Assembly: GCA_026418905.1 (NCBI GenBank)
Contig: JAOAAK010000036.1
Span: 1,163-65,162 of the forward strand
Reading direction: 5' to 3'
Origin: Bacteroidales bacterium
GTDB lineage: Bacteria > Bacteroidota > Bacteroidia > Bacteroidales > DTU049
DNA length: 64,000 nucleotides
Positions 20,418-29,635 of the stretch are shown here, in pieces. A program made the translations under genes and the position numbers. Under the pieces are notes generated by a model, which saw nothing but the letters and a program-made list of their open reading frames with translations, searched no databases and had not been told where the DNA came from. Position 1 is the first letter of the stretch. Each line of letters begins with the position of its first letter.

Positions 20418-20429
20418 AATTACTACGAA

Positions 20430-21572
20430 TTATTCAAGTGTAAAGATTTTTAATCCTTGCTCCAAATCTTGTATTAATTCATCTGAATTTTCTAAACCTA
20501 TGCTTAATCTGACCATCCCGTCCCACTCTGTTTCTTTCCACATCGTGTAAGGCAAAACAAGAGATTCATAACCACCCCAACTAACGGCCATCCTAAAAAA
20601 ACGAAGCTTCTCGCAAAAAGCATTAATCAAACCAGGATCTTTTCTCTTAAATTGGATAGAAAACAAGCCCGTTATTCCTCGCATTTGTTTATGGTATATT
20701 TTATTTTGCTCATCCGAGATGCTACCGGGATAGTATATTTTTTCAATTGCTGGATGATGCTGGAGAAAATTAATAATTTTCCATGTACTCTGCTCGATGC
20801 GATCTAGTCGAACAGGTAATGTCCTTAATCCTCGCAAAAAAAGCCAAGCATCGAGAGGACTCATGATACCACCAAAGGTGAGGTATTCGTGATTGAAAAT
20901 ACGAGAATAAAGTTTTTCATCGCAAGTGAGATATCCTCCGACTAAGTCACTATGCCCTCCCGTATACTTTGAAGCACTGTATACAACCACATCTATTCCA
21001 AAATCCGCCGGTCTTTGACGTAGAGGAGTTGAGTAGGTATTGTCAATGATGACCACAGCTCCAACATCATGAGCCCGTCTAGAAATCTCCTCCAGATCAA
21101 CCACTTCAAACGTACGAGTAAGGGGACTTTCTACATATATGAGACTATAATGTTCATTAATGCTTTCTACTATGTTATAATAAGGTACAAAATGAGTTTC
21201 AACCCCAAATCGAGATAAAATATTCTTCAAAAGATGTTGAGTCCAAGAGTAAACTCCTTCCATACACAAAACTTTATCACCCTCTTTAACAAGAGAAATT
21301 ACAGCCGTCGAGATTGCTGCCATACCTGATGAAAATAAAAGTGCTTTCTGCTTACCATCAAGAGCTGCAAGCTTTTCTGCAAGTACTGTTAATGTTGGAT
21401 TATTTCCACGTGAATAAATGAGTGAATTTTCTTCGTCATCAATAGCTAATTTGAACTCTTTGACACTTGAAAACTTAAAATTGCTTGTCTGAAAAATAGG
21501 AAAAGATATAGAAGGGTAAGAATTCTCACCTAGTAAAAATAAAATTTCACTTTCTTTCATGATTTTTTGCAA
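20430..21572 (-). CDS. Cys/Met-metabolism PLP enzyme (cystathionine beta-lyase / gamma-synthase family)
   Basis: 380 aa as listed in the ORF track. Motifs are FPIFQTSNFKF and the PLP-lysine context YSASKYTGGHSDLVGG. The listed start is a TTG. The ATG at 21560 (MKESEILF...) is the more likely start. Confidence 0.85.
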   Translation of the reverse strand: MQKIMKESEILFLLGENSYPSISFPIFQTSNFKFSSVKEFKLAIDDEENSLIYSRGNNPTLTVLAEKLAALDGKQKALLFSSGMAAISTAVISLVKEGDKVLCMEGVYSWTQHLLKNILSRFGVETHFVPYYNIVESINEHYSLIYVESPLTRTFEVVDLEEISRRAHDVGAVVIIDNTYSTPLRQRPADFGIDVVVYSASKYTGGHSDLVGGYLTCDEKLYSRIFNHEYLTFGGIMSPLDAWLFLRGLRTLPVRLDRIEQSTWKIINFLQHHPAIEKIYYPGSISDEQNKIYHKQMRGITGLFSIQFKRKDPGLINAFCEKLRFFRMAVSWGGYESLVLPYTMWKETEWDGMVRLSIGLENSDELIQDLEQGLKIFTLE

Positions 21573-21594
21573 AAATAAAAATTACGTATCTTTG
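21566..21594 (+). promoter_or_regulatory. Bacteroidota-type promoter (-33 TTTG plus -7 TAnnTTTG) for rplS
   Basis: TTTG (21566-21569), a 17-nt spacer, then TATCTTTG (21587-21594). The ATG lies 25 nt downstream. Confidence 0.45.
21570..21577 (-). promoter_or_regulatory. Bacteroidota-type -7 promoter box for the PLP-lyase/TetR unit
   Basis: The minus strand reads TATTTTTG, 9 nt upstream of the ATG at 21560. Confidence 0.3.
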
Positions 21595-21619
21595 CACTCC
21601 AATTTAAACACTCATTACC

Positions 21620-21976
21620 ATGAATAAAGGTGAGTTGCTCAGATACGTTGAAGAGCAGGTGATGCCAGGACGTCAGTTCCCAGTATTTAAAGCTGGCGAT
21701 ACTATTACTGTGAACTATAAAATTGTCGAAGGTAACAAGGAACGTATACAGGCTTTTACGGGAGTCGTTATTCAAATCAGTGGAAAAGGGAAAAACAAGA
21801 CGTTTACAGTCCGAAAAATTTCCAACAATGTCGGCGTTGAAAGAATATTTCCAATTGCCAGTCCATTTATCGAAGATATTACAATTGTCAAGAAAGGTAA
21901 AGTTAGAAGGGCAAGAATTTTTTACTTACGTAAGTTGACAGGGAAAAAAGCAAAAATTAAAGAAAAAAGAATTTAA
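21620..21976 (+). CDS. rplS: 50S ribosomal protein L19
   Basis: 118 aa. It has [29 protein letters not shown] and the [10 protein letters not shown] signature. Confidence 0.97.
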   Translation: MNKGELLRYVEEQVMPGRQFPVFKAGDTITVNYKIVEGNKERIQAFTGVVIQISGKGKNKTFTVRKISNNVGVERIFPIASPFIEDITIVKKGKVRRARIFYLRKLTGKKAKIKEKRI

Positions 21977-23022
21977 TTTCCTCCTTGCTTATAGTTAGGT
22001 AGTTGCTCAGATAGTCTTTGGAGTTGCATTTTTCTATTATGTAATTGGTTAATGTATCTTCTTTCACGATCTGTTTTTTGGTTTTTATAAGCCGTATTTG
22101 CCCAATCCAGTGCAATGTCGATTCTACCCTCTTTTTCTGCTGCTACAGCCATATTATGAGCTGCGCGAGAAGCAATTTTGGGATTGGAACTTTTAGTCAA
22201 CTGAGACCATATGGAGACAGCTTCTTTCCAATTACCGACCTTTACATATTGTTTAGCTTCCTTAAATTTCGGGTGTCCTTTTACATAATAAAACCTACTG
22301 ATGGTTACCCAACTTGGAGAAATTCGAAAAGCCATCATCTGGCCAGCAAAAAAACCACTTTCATCGAGCACTTGACGTTTGGAAGGTAAACTTTCCTTAG
22401 CTTTTTCTGGAGTATCACCTTCACCATGAAAACCTTTTTCATCTGTAAAAACTTGTTGATCAATGATATTTTTGGTAACGTTATCGTAAATTCTCCAACC
22501 AGCATTGACTCTAACACGTAAATCGGCATAATGAACTGGCACTTTTCGAATAACACCTCCTACCACTTTTTCTACTTCTTCCATACTCAAATGAAGTCTC
22601 ATATCACTGTCAAAGGTTTCCAATGTCACCAAAGCATCTACATTGTATTTTTTACATAACCTGTCTACTTCATCCCAAGTTAGTGGTAAGGGAAATTCCT
22701 TAGTTCCAGTTCCCCGATATTCTTCACCCTCTAGCAAAACAGCTTTGAATCGTGGTGATGAATTTACGCGATTTACAAGACCACGGCAAGCATTAAAAGA
22801 AGCTGATCGATCTCCAAAAATGGTTTCTCCACTTAAAAAACCTTCTAAAATATTCAACAATCGATCATCTTTGGCCGGTAAACTTCGGTTAAGTACACCT
22901 ATGGTTTGTACATGTTGAGGAATGTTGATTTCAGCTGGAACCAAAACAGGTTGATAGATATTTCGAGTTGCACAACCCACTAATAATAAACTCAAAACAT
23001 AAAATAATTTTACTTTTTTCAT
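21973..23022 (-). CDS. lipoprotein with C-terminal TPR-like helical repeat
   Basis: 349 aa. It has a lipobox (LLVGC) and a C-terminal segment [13 protein letters not shown]...[27 protein letters not shown]. Confidence 0.7.
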   Translation of the reverse strand: MKKVKLFYVLSLLLVGCATRNIYQPVLVPAEINIPQHVQTIGVLNRSLPAKDDRLLNILEGFLSGETIFGDRSASFNACRGLVNRVNSSPRFKAVLLEGEEYRGTGTKEFPLPLTWDEVDRLCKKYNVDALVTLETFDSDMRLHLSMEEVEKVVGGVIRKVPVHYADLRVRVNAGWRIYDNVTKNIIDQQVFTDEKGFHGEGDTPEKAKESLPSKRQVLDESGFFAGQMMAFRISPSWVTISRFYYVKGHPKFKEAKQYVKVGNWKEAVSIWSQLTKSSNPKIASRAAHNMAVAAEKEGRIDIALDWANTAYKNQKTDRERRYINQLHNRKMQLQRLSEQLPNYKQGGN

Positions 23023-23059
23023 ATTGCTTCTCTTTGTTTTCAGACATTAAAAATTATGC

Positions 23060-23067
23060 CAAATGTA
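23060..23067 (-). promoter_or_regulatory. Bacteroidota-type -7 promoter box for the lipoprotein gene
   Basis: The minus strand reads TACATTTG, 37 nt upstream of the ATG at 23022. Confidence 0.35.
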
Positions 23068-23426
23068 AAAAATTTCTAGGCTTTCTTTAGTTTTTAAATA
23101 AAATAACAGGGTCATCGCCATCATTGAGAGTTGTATTTTTGTTTTGACATGAACATTTAAATTCGCTAACCATATAACGACCTATTCATAACCATTCATG
23201 ATTGTTATCAAACATAAAGAAATTTTTCTTCAATATTGCTTAAGAATAGGATTTATTTCAATTAGTAAAATTTAGACTACCATCTAGATCCAAATCAATA
23301 CAATTAATCATATGTATCAAAACTCGATATTGTATAAGCGATAGGATAGGCGAAACTTGCGTTGTCTTTTAATAAAAAGTAATTTAACAGATCCTATTTA
23401 TTGCACTATTCCTATCTACGTAAACT

Positions 23427-25868
23427 CTATATAGGATCAACATCAACAATTATTTTAAGATTTGAGGGATATTTGTCATGAATATGTGCAATTAAGTCGT
23501 TGATGGTTTGTTTTGTGCGTAAAAGATTATTATCTTTAGGTAGCTTTATTAGTAGCTGAAAAATGTATTGATCCTGAATTTTAGACAGGGGTGCAAGATC
23601 AGGACCTAAAAGAGAGTAAGAGAATTTATTTTTAAAAAATTGAGCAAAATCGTTGGATGCTTTATTTGCTATTTCTTTTTCGTTATGGAGGAAAAGAAGC
23701 TTGATAAGCCGAACAAATGGTGGATAACGAAACTTCTGGCGAAAAAGAATCTCGTCGAACATAAAGTCATCATATGTAAACTGAGTGATGTACTTGATAA
23801 GAGGGCTGCGCGAAGTTTGGGTTTGAATGATGACAGTGCCCTGGTGATCGCGACGTCCTGCTCTCCCAGCTACTTGAAGCATAAGTTGGAGAGCATGTTC
23901 ATAAGAACGAAAATCAGGATAAGGATAAAGCAAATCGGCATTGAGAATACCAACCAAATCGACATGGGAAAAGTCTAAACCCTTGGTGACCATTTGCGTA
24001 CCCACAAGGATATCGATCTCTCGCCGCTCAAATTGATCAAATAGAGCTTGTAATTGCCCAGTCTGACGAACTATATCGTGATCTAAGCGAGCTATTCGAG
24101 CATGAGGAAAAAAGGTAAATAGCTCTTCTTCAATACGTTGAGTGCCAACTCCACGCATCAAAATTTTTGGGGAATGACACTGAGGACAAAAACCAGGAAT
24201 ATTTTGCGCATAACCGCAATGATGACAAATAAGTGCGTGTTCATCTCTATGATACGTTAAGTTGGCATCGCAATGCTGGCATGTAGGAGACCAGCCACAA
24301 GAGTCACATTCTACCCAAGTGCTATAGCCACGCCTATTTTGAAAAAGAATGATTTGCTTTTCTCGTTGTAATGTTTGTTTGATTTGTTGAAAAAGCAAAG
24401 GAGTCAACGACCCTCGCATTTCCTTCCGCGCAATATGCGGACGCATGTTTACGATATGTATCACCGGAGGGATAGCATCTCCATAGCGTTGCCTGAGGTG
24501 AACTAACGTTATTTTGCCAGTTTTAGCAAGATGATAAGCATCAAGCGATGGTGTAGCAGAACCAAGGATGACCGGCACATGTGTTATCTTACCAAGCATG
24601 AGAGCTGTGTCGCGAGCATGATAACGAGGAGCTTCTGTTTGTTTATAGCTTGTATCATGTTCTTCGTCCACAACTATAAGTCCCAATGAATCAAAAGGAA
24701 GAAAAATCGCTGAGCGCGCTCCCACAACTACTCCCACTCGACCTTCCAACATTTCTTTCCATATTTTTGTTCGTTCTCGGTTAGTTGTACGTGAATGATA
24801 CATCCAAACTGGCACATCATTTCCCAACCAGTTTTGAATTCGTTTCACCATAAATTCCGTCAACGAAATTTCAGGTAGAAGGAATAAAACCTGTTTTCTT
24901 TGTTTTAAAGCTTCCTGAATAAGATGAATGTAAATGATTGTCTTCCCACTTCCTGTTGGGCCGTAAAGTAATACGTTTTTCCCACTTGAAAAAGATTTAT
25001 GAATTTGCTCAATAGCACGTTGTTGATCATCTGTCAATTGAACAGAAGGAAAAGAAAATCCCTTGCATTGAGAAGCAGGAGATTTATTTTCAGTTTTAAA
25101 AAATTCTATAATTCCTTTCTTTTCCAGTGCTTTCAAGGCAGTACTACTAAAAGATTTCTGAACAATTTTTTTCTCAGGATAATGCCCTTCATTTAAAGAT
25201 TCAATAATCTTCAGAAGTACATGGTATTGGTTTGGACTCTTACGTTCGAGTTGCTGTAGAACAAGAGAAAGTTGATTTTCATCTTCGTAGTGAGCAGTTA
25301 ATCGTATACATATTGTTTGATGAGGAAGTATATTGTCTTTCATATATTCTTCCCTTAACAATATCTTTTTTTCAAGCATTATTTGGAGTAGTGAGCGAAT
25401 TTTAGATTTTCCAAGTAAAGATGAAATTTTACCCTCTCGAATTTTTTTATGTTGTTCCAAATAATAAACCAATTTCTTTTCATTTGGGGTCAAGGGTAAA
25501 TTTTTGTTCCACTCTGGGTTAAGCGTGAAAACACTTTCGCTTTCCAAGCGAAGATTACTGGGAAAAGCAGCGTTTATGATTTCTCCAAGAGTGCACATGT
25601 AATATTCGGCTATCCATTTCCAAAAACTTAGTTGCCAGCCGGTTATTACAGGTTTCATATCCACAACCGATTCAATAGATTTTACGACGTAACTTACTTG
25701 CGGAGGGGTAGTAATAATTTCAGAAATCAAGGCTGTGTATTTTCGACGCTTACCAAACGAAACTATTACTCTTTTTCCGATGGAAACTTCATGTTCCAAA
25801 TTCTTAGGCACAAAATAAAGATACGAACCATCAACGCGAAGAGGAAGGATAACTTTAACCCACATCAA
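23427..25868 (-). CDS. priA: primosomal replication-restart helicase PriA
   Basis: 813 aa. It has Walker A GPTGSGKT, the DEAH-type box VVDEEHD, and the Cys-rich zinc module CDSCGWSPTCQHC...CHHCGY...CPQC. Confidence 0.95.
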   Translation of the reverse strand: MMWVKVILPLRVDGSYLYFVPKNLEHEVSIGKRVIVSFGKRRKYTALISEIITTPPQVSYVVKSIESVVDMKPVITGWQLSFWKWIAEYYMCTLGEIINAAFPSNLRLESESVFTLNPEWNKNLPLTPNEKKLVYYLEQHKKIREGKISSLLGKSKIRSLLQIMLEKKILLREEYMKDNILPHQTICIRLTAHYEDENQLSLVLQQLERKSPNQYHVLLKIIESLNEGHYPEKKIVQKSFSSTALKALEKKGIIEFFKTENKSPASQCKGFSFPSVQLTDDQQRAIEQIHKSFSSGKNVLLYGPTGSGKTIIYIHLIQEALKQRKQVLFLLPEISLTEFMVKRIQNWLGNDVPVWMYHSRTTNRERTKIWKEMLEGRVGVVVGARSAIFLPFDSLGLIVVDEEHDTSYKQTEAPRYHARDTALMLGKITHVPVILGSATPSLDAYHLAKTGKITLVHLRQRYGDAIPPVIHIVNMRPHIARKEMRGSLTPLLFQQIKQTLQREKQIILFQNRRGYSTWVECDSCGWSPTCQHCDANLTYHRDEHALICHHCGYAQNIPGFCPQCHSPKILMRGVGTQRIEEELFTFFPHARIARLDHDIVRQTGQLQALFDQFERREIDILVGTQMVTKGLDFSHVDLVGILNADLLYPYPDFRSYEHALQLMLQVAGRAGRRDHQGTVIIQTQTSRSPLIKYITQFTYDDFMFDEILFRQKFRYPPFVRLIKLLFLHNEKEIANKASNDFAQFFKNKFSYSLLGPDLAPLSKIQDQYIFQLLIKLPKDNNLLRTKQTINDLIAHIHDKYPSNLKIIVDVDPI

Positions 25869-26455
25869 AGCATGTTATATTTCAAAAGATCACATATCCA
25901 CTGCTTATCTGGCTGATGGATTGGGGTTTTTAAATATTCAAGTAAACGTTCTGGATCATCATCGGTTACTACAGAAACATGTTCCAATCGAACAAAACGA
26001 TGATCAGTCAAGTGATGCAGCAAGCGCAAAAGTGGATCAAAGAAATGATTGATGTTGAACAAACCAATTGGTTTTAAATGAGTGCCTAACTGCACGGCTG
26101 TGAGTACTTCGAAAAATTCATCCATGGTTCCAATTCCACCAGGAAGAACAACAAAAGCATCAGCATTGTCAAGTATGAACTTTTTTCTTTCCTGCATGTT
26201 TTCTACTACATGCAAATCTATATTTTGGTGTACAACTCCCATGGAAAGCATAAAAGAAGGAACAACGCCCAGAATTGGAATATGATGCTTTAGAGCACTT
26301 TCAGCTACAACACCCATGAGGCCAGTATTCCCCCCCCCGTAAATTATTCTTATATTTTTCTGTGCTAAAAGTTTAATCAGTTCTTTTGTTTGCTTTTCAA
26401 ATCTCGAGTCGTCTCCAAGAGAAGCCCCACAAAAAATGCCCAAATTCCTAAACAT
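25865..26455 (-). CDS. LOG-family nucleotide 5'-monophosphate nucleosidase (TIGR00730-like)
   Basis: 196 aa. It has GGGNTGLMG and PGGIGTMDEFFE. There is a 4-nt overlap with priA. Confidence 0.9.
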   Translation of the reverse strand: MFRNLGIFCGASLGDDSRFEKQTKELIKLLAQKNIRIIYGGGNTGLMGVVAESALKHHIPILGVVPSFMLSMGVVHQNIDLHVVENMQERKKFILDNADAFVVLPGGIGTMDEFFEVLTAVQLGTHLKPIGLFNINHFFDPLLRLLHHLTDHRFVRLEHVSVVTDDDPERLLEYLKTPIHQPDKQWICDLLKYNML

Positions 26456-26468
26456 GAATGTTTTTTTA

Positions 26469-26476
26469 CAAATATA
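26469..26476 (-). promoter_or_regulatory. Bacteroidota-type -7 promoter box for the LOG-priA unit
   Basis: The minus strand reads TATATTTG, 13 nt upstream of the ATG at 26455. Confidence 0.35.
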
Positions 26477-26525
26477 AAAATTCTCATTTGCTTCCTAAAT
26501 ACCTTGTACTTTACTTTAATGATGT

Positions 26526-26533
26526 TAACTTTG
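26526..26533 (+). promoter_or_regulatory. Bacteroidota-type -7 promoter box for the methyltransferase gene
   Basis: TAACTTTG, 16 nt upstream of the ATG at 26550. Confidence 0.35.
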
Positions 26534-26549
26534 TATTAAAATAAACAAT

Positions 26550-27281
26550 ATGACTAAAAACCACATTACTACTGAAAAAATTGAGCAATTTTACGACGAT
26601 TACGTTGAAAGGCAAATCAAGGCAGGAATCAATGAAAGACATATTTCTATATTTGAAAAGCTTATTAAGGCTGGTTTAAAAAAACATCATACAGTTTTGG
26701 AGGTAGGTTGTGGAATAGGTACTCTTACGAGCTTATTAGCACCTTTTTTAAAGAATGGATATCTTTTATCCATGGATTTAAGTAAGAAAAGTATTGCTGA
26801 AGCAAAAAAATTTCTAGGTCATTTTAAAAATCTAACTTTAATACATGGTGATTTTTTGAATTATTCATTTCATGAGACTTTCGATGTGATTGTTTTTCCT
26901 GATGTTATAGAACATATTCCTTTAGAATTTCATGAGAAGCTTTTTCAAAAATGCACTCAGTTATTACGTCCTAAAGGATTTATTTTTATTCATATTCCCA
27001 ATCCCTATTACATTGAATGGCTTCACATACATCAACCAGAGTCGTTGCAAATAATTGATCAACCAATACATCTCAGTACCCTTCTTAAGTTTACTGAGCC
27101 ACATCATTTGATTATAACCAAATATGAAACTTATTCTATTTGGTTCAAAGACGGAGATTACCAGTACATTATCCTTCAAAAAAAAGATGCCTTTGATTTT
27201 ACTGTTCAAAAAAAAGAAAAAACTAACATTATTCAACGAATAAAGAGAAAAATTAGCTTTCTTAAATTTTTTTCTTTCTAA
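26550..27281 (+). CDS. class I SAM-dependent methyltransferase
   Basis: 243 aa. Motif I is VLEVGCGIGTL, with the post-I acidic LSMDLS and motif II DVIVFPDVIEH. Confidence 0.85.
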   Translation: MTKNHITTEKIEQFYDDYVERQIKAGINERHISIFEKLIKAGLKKHHTVLEVGCGIGTLTSLLAPFLKNGYLLSMDLSKKSIAEAKKFLGHFKNLTLIHGDFLNYSFHETFDVIVFPDVIEHIPLEFHEKLFQKCTQLLRPKGFIFIHIPNPYYIEWLHIHQPESLQIIDQPIHLSTLLKFTEPHHLIITKYETYSIWFKDGDYQYIILQKKDAFDFTVQKKEKTNIIQRIKRKISFLKFFSF

Positions 27282-27285
27282 GAAT

Positions 27286-28878
27286 TTATCTTACCGCACT
27301 ACTGAACATTCGCCTGAAACGTATTTTCCCTCCAAACAAGGGTTTATCTTTGTCGAGGCTTAGCCAGATAAAAAGAGGTCTACCCACAATGTGATCTTCT
27401 GGAACAAAGCCCCAAAAACGACTATCAGCAGAATTATGACGATTATCTCCCATCATGAAGTAGTAATCCATTTTGAAGGTATATGTATTGGTTTGTTGAC
27501 CATTGATATAAATCTTGCCATCACGAATTTGAAGCTCATTTCCTTCGTAGATCGAAATAATTCTTTTATAAAGATGAATGTTTATGGTATCGAGTTGAAC
27601 AGTTTCACCAGCTTTGGGTATACGAAGTGGCCCAAAGTTATCCTTGTTCCATGGATAGGCAGGATGGTGTGGAAAAATTCGCGGATCCCATTTATTGCTA
27701 TCAAATAACGGACGTGGTGGTTCTTTAAGATATGAACCCATATTTGCCACAACCTGATCGTACATATCACGAGTTAGCGGAACTACAATAGCATTGGAAA
27801 AATTGTAATACTGAGCAAGTCTTAATCCATCTGAAAAATCCTTCTGACTTACCCCCATTTTCTTGATCATCCTAATCTTTGGAAAATCTTCTTCTTTAAA
27901 AAGGAGAGCATAATTTACTTCCTTATTTTCAGGATCAGGTATAAGTTGGCCATTTACGTAAAGAATCTGATTTTTCAATTGAATAACATCTCCTGGTAAT
28001 CCTACACAACGTTTCACATAATTATCTCTCTTGTCGGAAGGGTGGACTCGAATAGGACTTTGTTGAAGTAAGTAAAGACGTGCCTGATTAAGAAATTGAA
28101 AATAATTACTATCACTTAATCCAGCCTGTCGTGCCATTTCAACAGCTACTTCGATTTGCAATCCATAGTAGGTAGCAGCAGGATTGTTTAACCATACCGT
28201 ATCTCCCCCGGGGAAATTAAACACCACAATATCGTAACGCTCAATAGGTTTGAGACGTGGATACCGATAAAAAGGCAAACGAATAAAATCCCAATATGAT
28301 TTCCCTCCCAAAAAAGAATTATGTGTTAGTGGTATGGTCAGAAAAGTCTGGGGAATGCGACTACCAAAAGTAAACTTATCCACAAATAAAAAATCACCAA
28401 CAAGCAAGGTCTTTTCCATTGAGGGAGTAGGAATGGTATAAGCTTCGATAAAAAACATGCGTATGATACTTGCAGCAACTACAGCCCATATGAGATCTTC
28501 AATGCCCGTGAGAAATTTGCTTCTTTTAACTTTGATCTGCTGATCAGGTGGAGTGAAAGAAAGTTTAGGATTAAAACCTAAATAAGGTAAATACACGAAA
28601 GGAAAAATAATAGAAAGCAATTGATGCCAAAAGGAATATTTATTAAAAGCTTTTAGTGTTTCGACAATGAGCAGCATGATCATAAAAATGTTGATTGCAG
28701 GAACTAAGCAAAAAACAAACCACCACCAACGCTTGTCCACCAATCTTACCCAATACCAACAATTTACAACTGGTATGATGGCTTTCCAAATAGGTTCTCC
28801 AGCTTTTTTGAAAATTCCAATCAAGCCAACCCACGCAAGAAGAAATAAGAAAATGGTAAATAACAAAACAAAATCCAT
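27286..28878 (-). CDS. lepB: signal peptidase I with an extra N-terminal multi-TM module
   Basis: 530 aa. The catalytic Ser box is PTPSMEKTL, the Lys box is YVKRCVGLPGD, and the GDNRHNSADSRFWG motif is present. The N-terminal ~100 aa (IFKKAGEPIWKAIIPVVNCWYW...) resemble the DUF5684-type membrane domain. Confidence 0.9.
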   Translation of the reverse strand: MDFVLLFTIFLFLLAWVGLIGIFKKAGEPIWKAIIPVVNCWYWVRLVDKRWWWFVFCLVPAINIFMIMLLIVETLKAFNKYSFWHQLLSIIFPFVYLPYLGFNPKLSFTPPDQQIKVKRSKFLTGIEDLIWAVVAASIIRMFFIEAYTIPTPSMEKTLLVGDFLFVDKFTFGSRIPQTFLTIPLTHNSFLGGKSYWDFIRLPFYRYPRLKPIERYDIVVFNFPGGDTVWLNNPAATYYGLQIEVAVEMARQAGLSDSNYFQFLNQARLYLLQQSPIRVHPSDKRDNYVKRCVGLPGDVIQLKNQILYVNGQLIPDPENKEVNYALLFKEEDFPKIRMIKKMGVSQKDFSDGLRLAQYYNFSNAIVVPLTRDMYDQVVANMGSYLKEPPRPLFDSNKWDPRIFPHHPAYPWNKDNFGPLRIPKAGETVQLDTINIHLYKRIISIYEGNELQIRDGKIYINGQQTNTYTFKMDYYFMMGDNRHNSADSRFWGFVPEDHIVGRPLFIWLSLDKDKPLFGGKIRFRRMFSSAVR

Positions 28879-28897
28879 AATGATATTTTTTCCAAAG

Positions 28898-29623
28898 TTA
28901 GATTTTTATTGCGTATATTTTTTCAAAAATATCCATAAAATGAAAAAAACCAACAGGTCTTGTTTGATCAAGCCATTCAAGGGCATCTAGGGCACCACAT
29001 ACAAATCCCTCACGACTTTGTGCTTTATGTTCAATTACGATTTCATCAAAAGAGCTGGTGAAAGAAAGTCGATGCTTTCCAATCACTTGTTCTTCACGAA
29101 AAGATTCAATCCATAAGTGTTTTTCTTTGGGTATTGAAGACCAACCTAACAATTCTGAATAAGACGAAAGCAACAATTCAGCCATAGTAATAGCCGTACC
29201 ACTAGGGGCATCTTTCTTGGTGATATGATGAGTTTCTTCAATCTTCACATCATAGCGGTGCAAAGAGGAAAAAATTTTTGCAGCCAAAAGGGTTAGCTTA
29301 AATAAAGCATTAACACCTGGACTGTAATTACTTCCATATACGATACAACCACGATGTTTCAAGCAATAATCTTTAACTTCCTGCAAGCTATGATACCAAC
29401 CGGTAGTACCACACACAACTGGTAGAGATAAATCTACACAACGTTTTAGGTTCACCACAGCAGAAGTGGGCTCAGTGAATTCTAAGGCAATCACATCATC
29501 GTCGACTTTCTGGGGCCAGGGGTCATCTTTATCAATGATGGTTAAAATTTCTATCCCCTTTTTTCGACAAGCATTCTCCAATTCACGTCCCATTTTTCCA
29601 TAACCAATAATGACTACTTTCAT
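28898..29623 (-). CDS. dapB: 4-hydroxy-tetrahydrodipicolinate reductase
   Basis: 241 aa. It has the N-terminal Rossmann segment MKVVIIGYGKMG and the ETHHITKKDAPSGTA signature. Confidence 0.95.
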   Translation of the reverse strand: MKVVIIGYGKMGRELENACRKKGIEILTIIDKDDPWPQKVDDDVIALEFTEPTSAVVNLKRCVDLSLPVVCGTTGWYHSLQEVKDYCLKHRGCIVYGSNYSPGVNALFKLTLLAAKIFSSLHRYDVKIEETHHITKKDAPSGTAITMAELLLSSYSELLGWSSIPKEKHLWIESFREEQVIGKHRLSFTSSFDEIVIEHKAQSREGFVCGALDALEWLDQTRPVGFFHFMDIFEKIYAIKI

Positions 29624-29635
29624 ACTTCTATCATT

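Noticed and set aside
21561-21619. A possible SAM or other riboswitch upstream of the two Cys/Met-metabolism genes (also checked at 1575-1635).
   Set aside because: The leaders are at most about 60 nt and AT-rich, and are shared with divergent promoters. That is too short for any known SAM riboswitch class, and no conserved helices are visible.
23340-23416. Short inverted repeats (ATAGGAT/ATCCTAT and GATAGG/CCTATC) downstream of priA, considered as a terminator or small-RNA hairpin.
   Set aside because: The stems are only 6-7 bp, the loops are more than 40 nt, there is no following U-tract, and the background is AT-rich. Matches of this kind are expected by chance.
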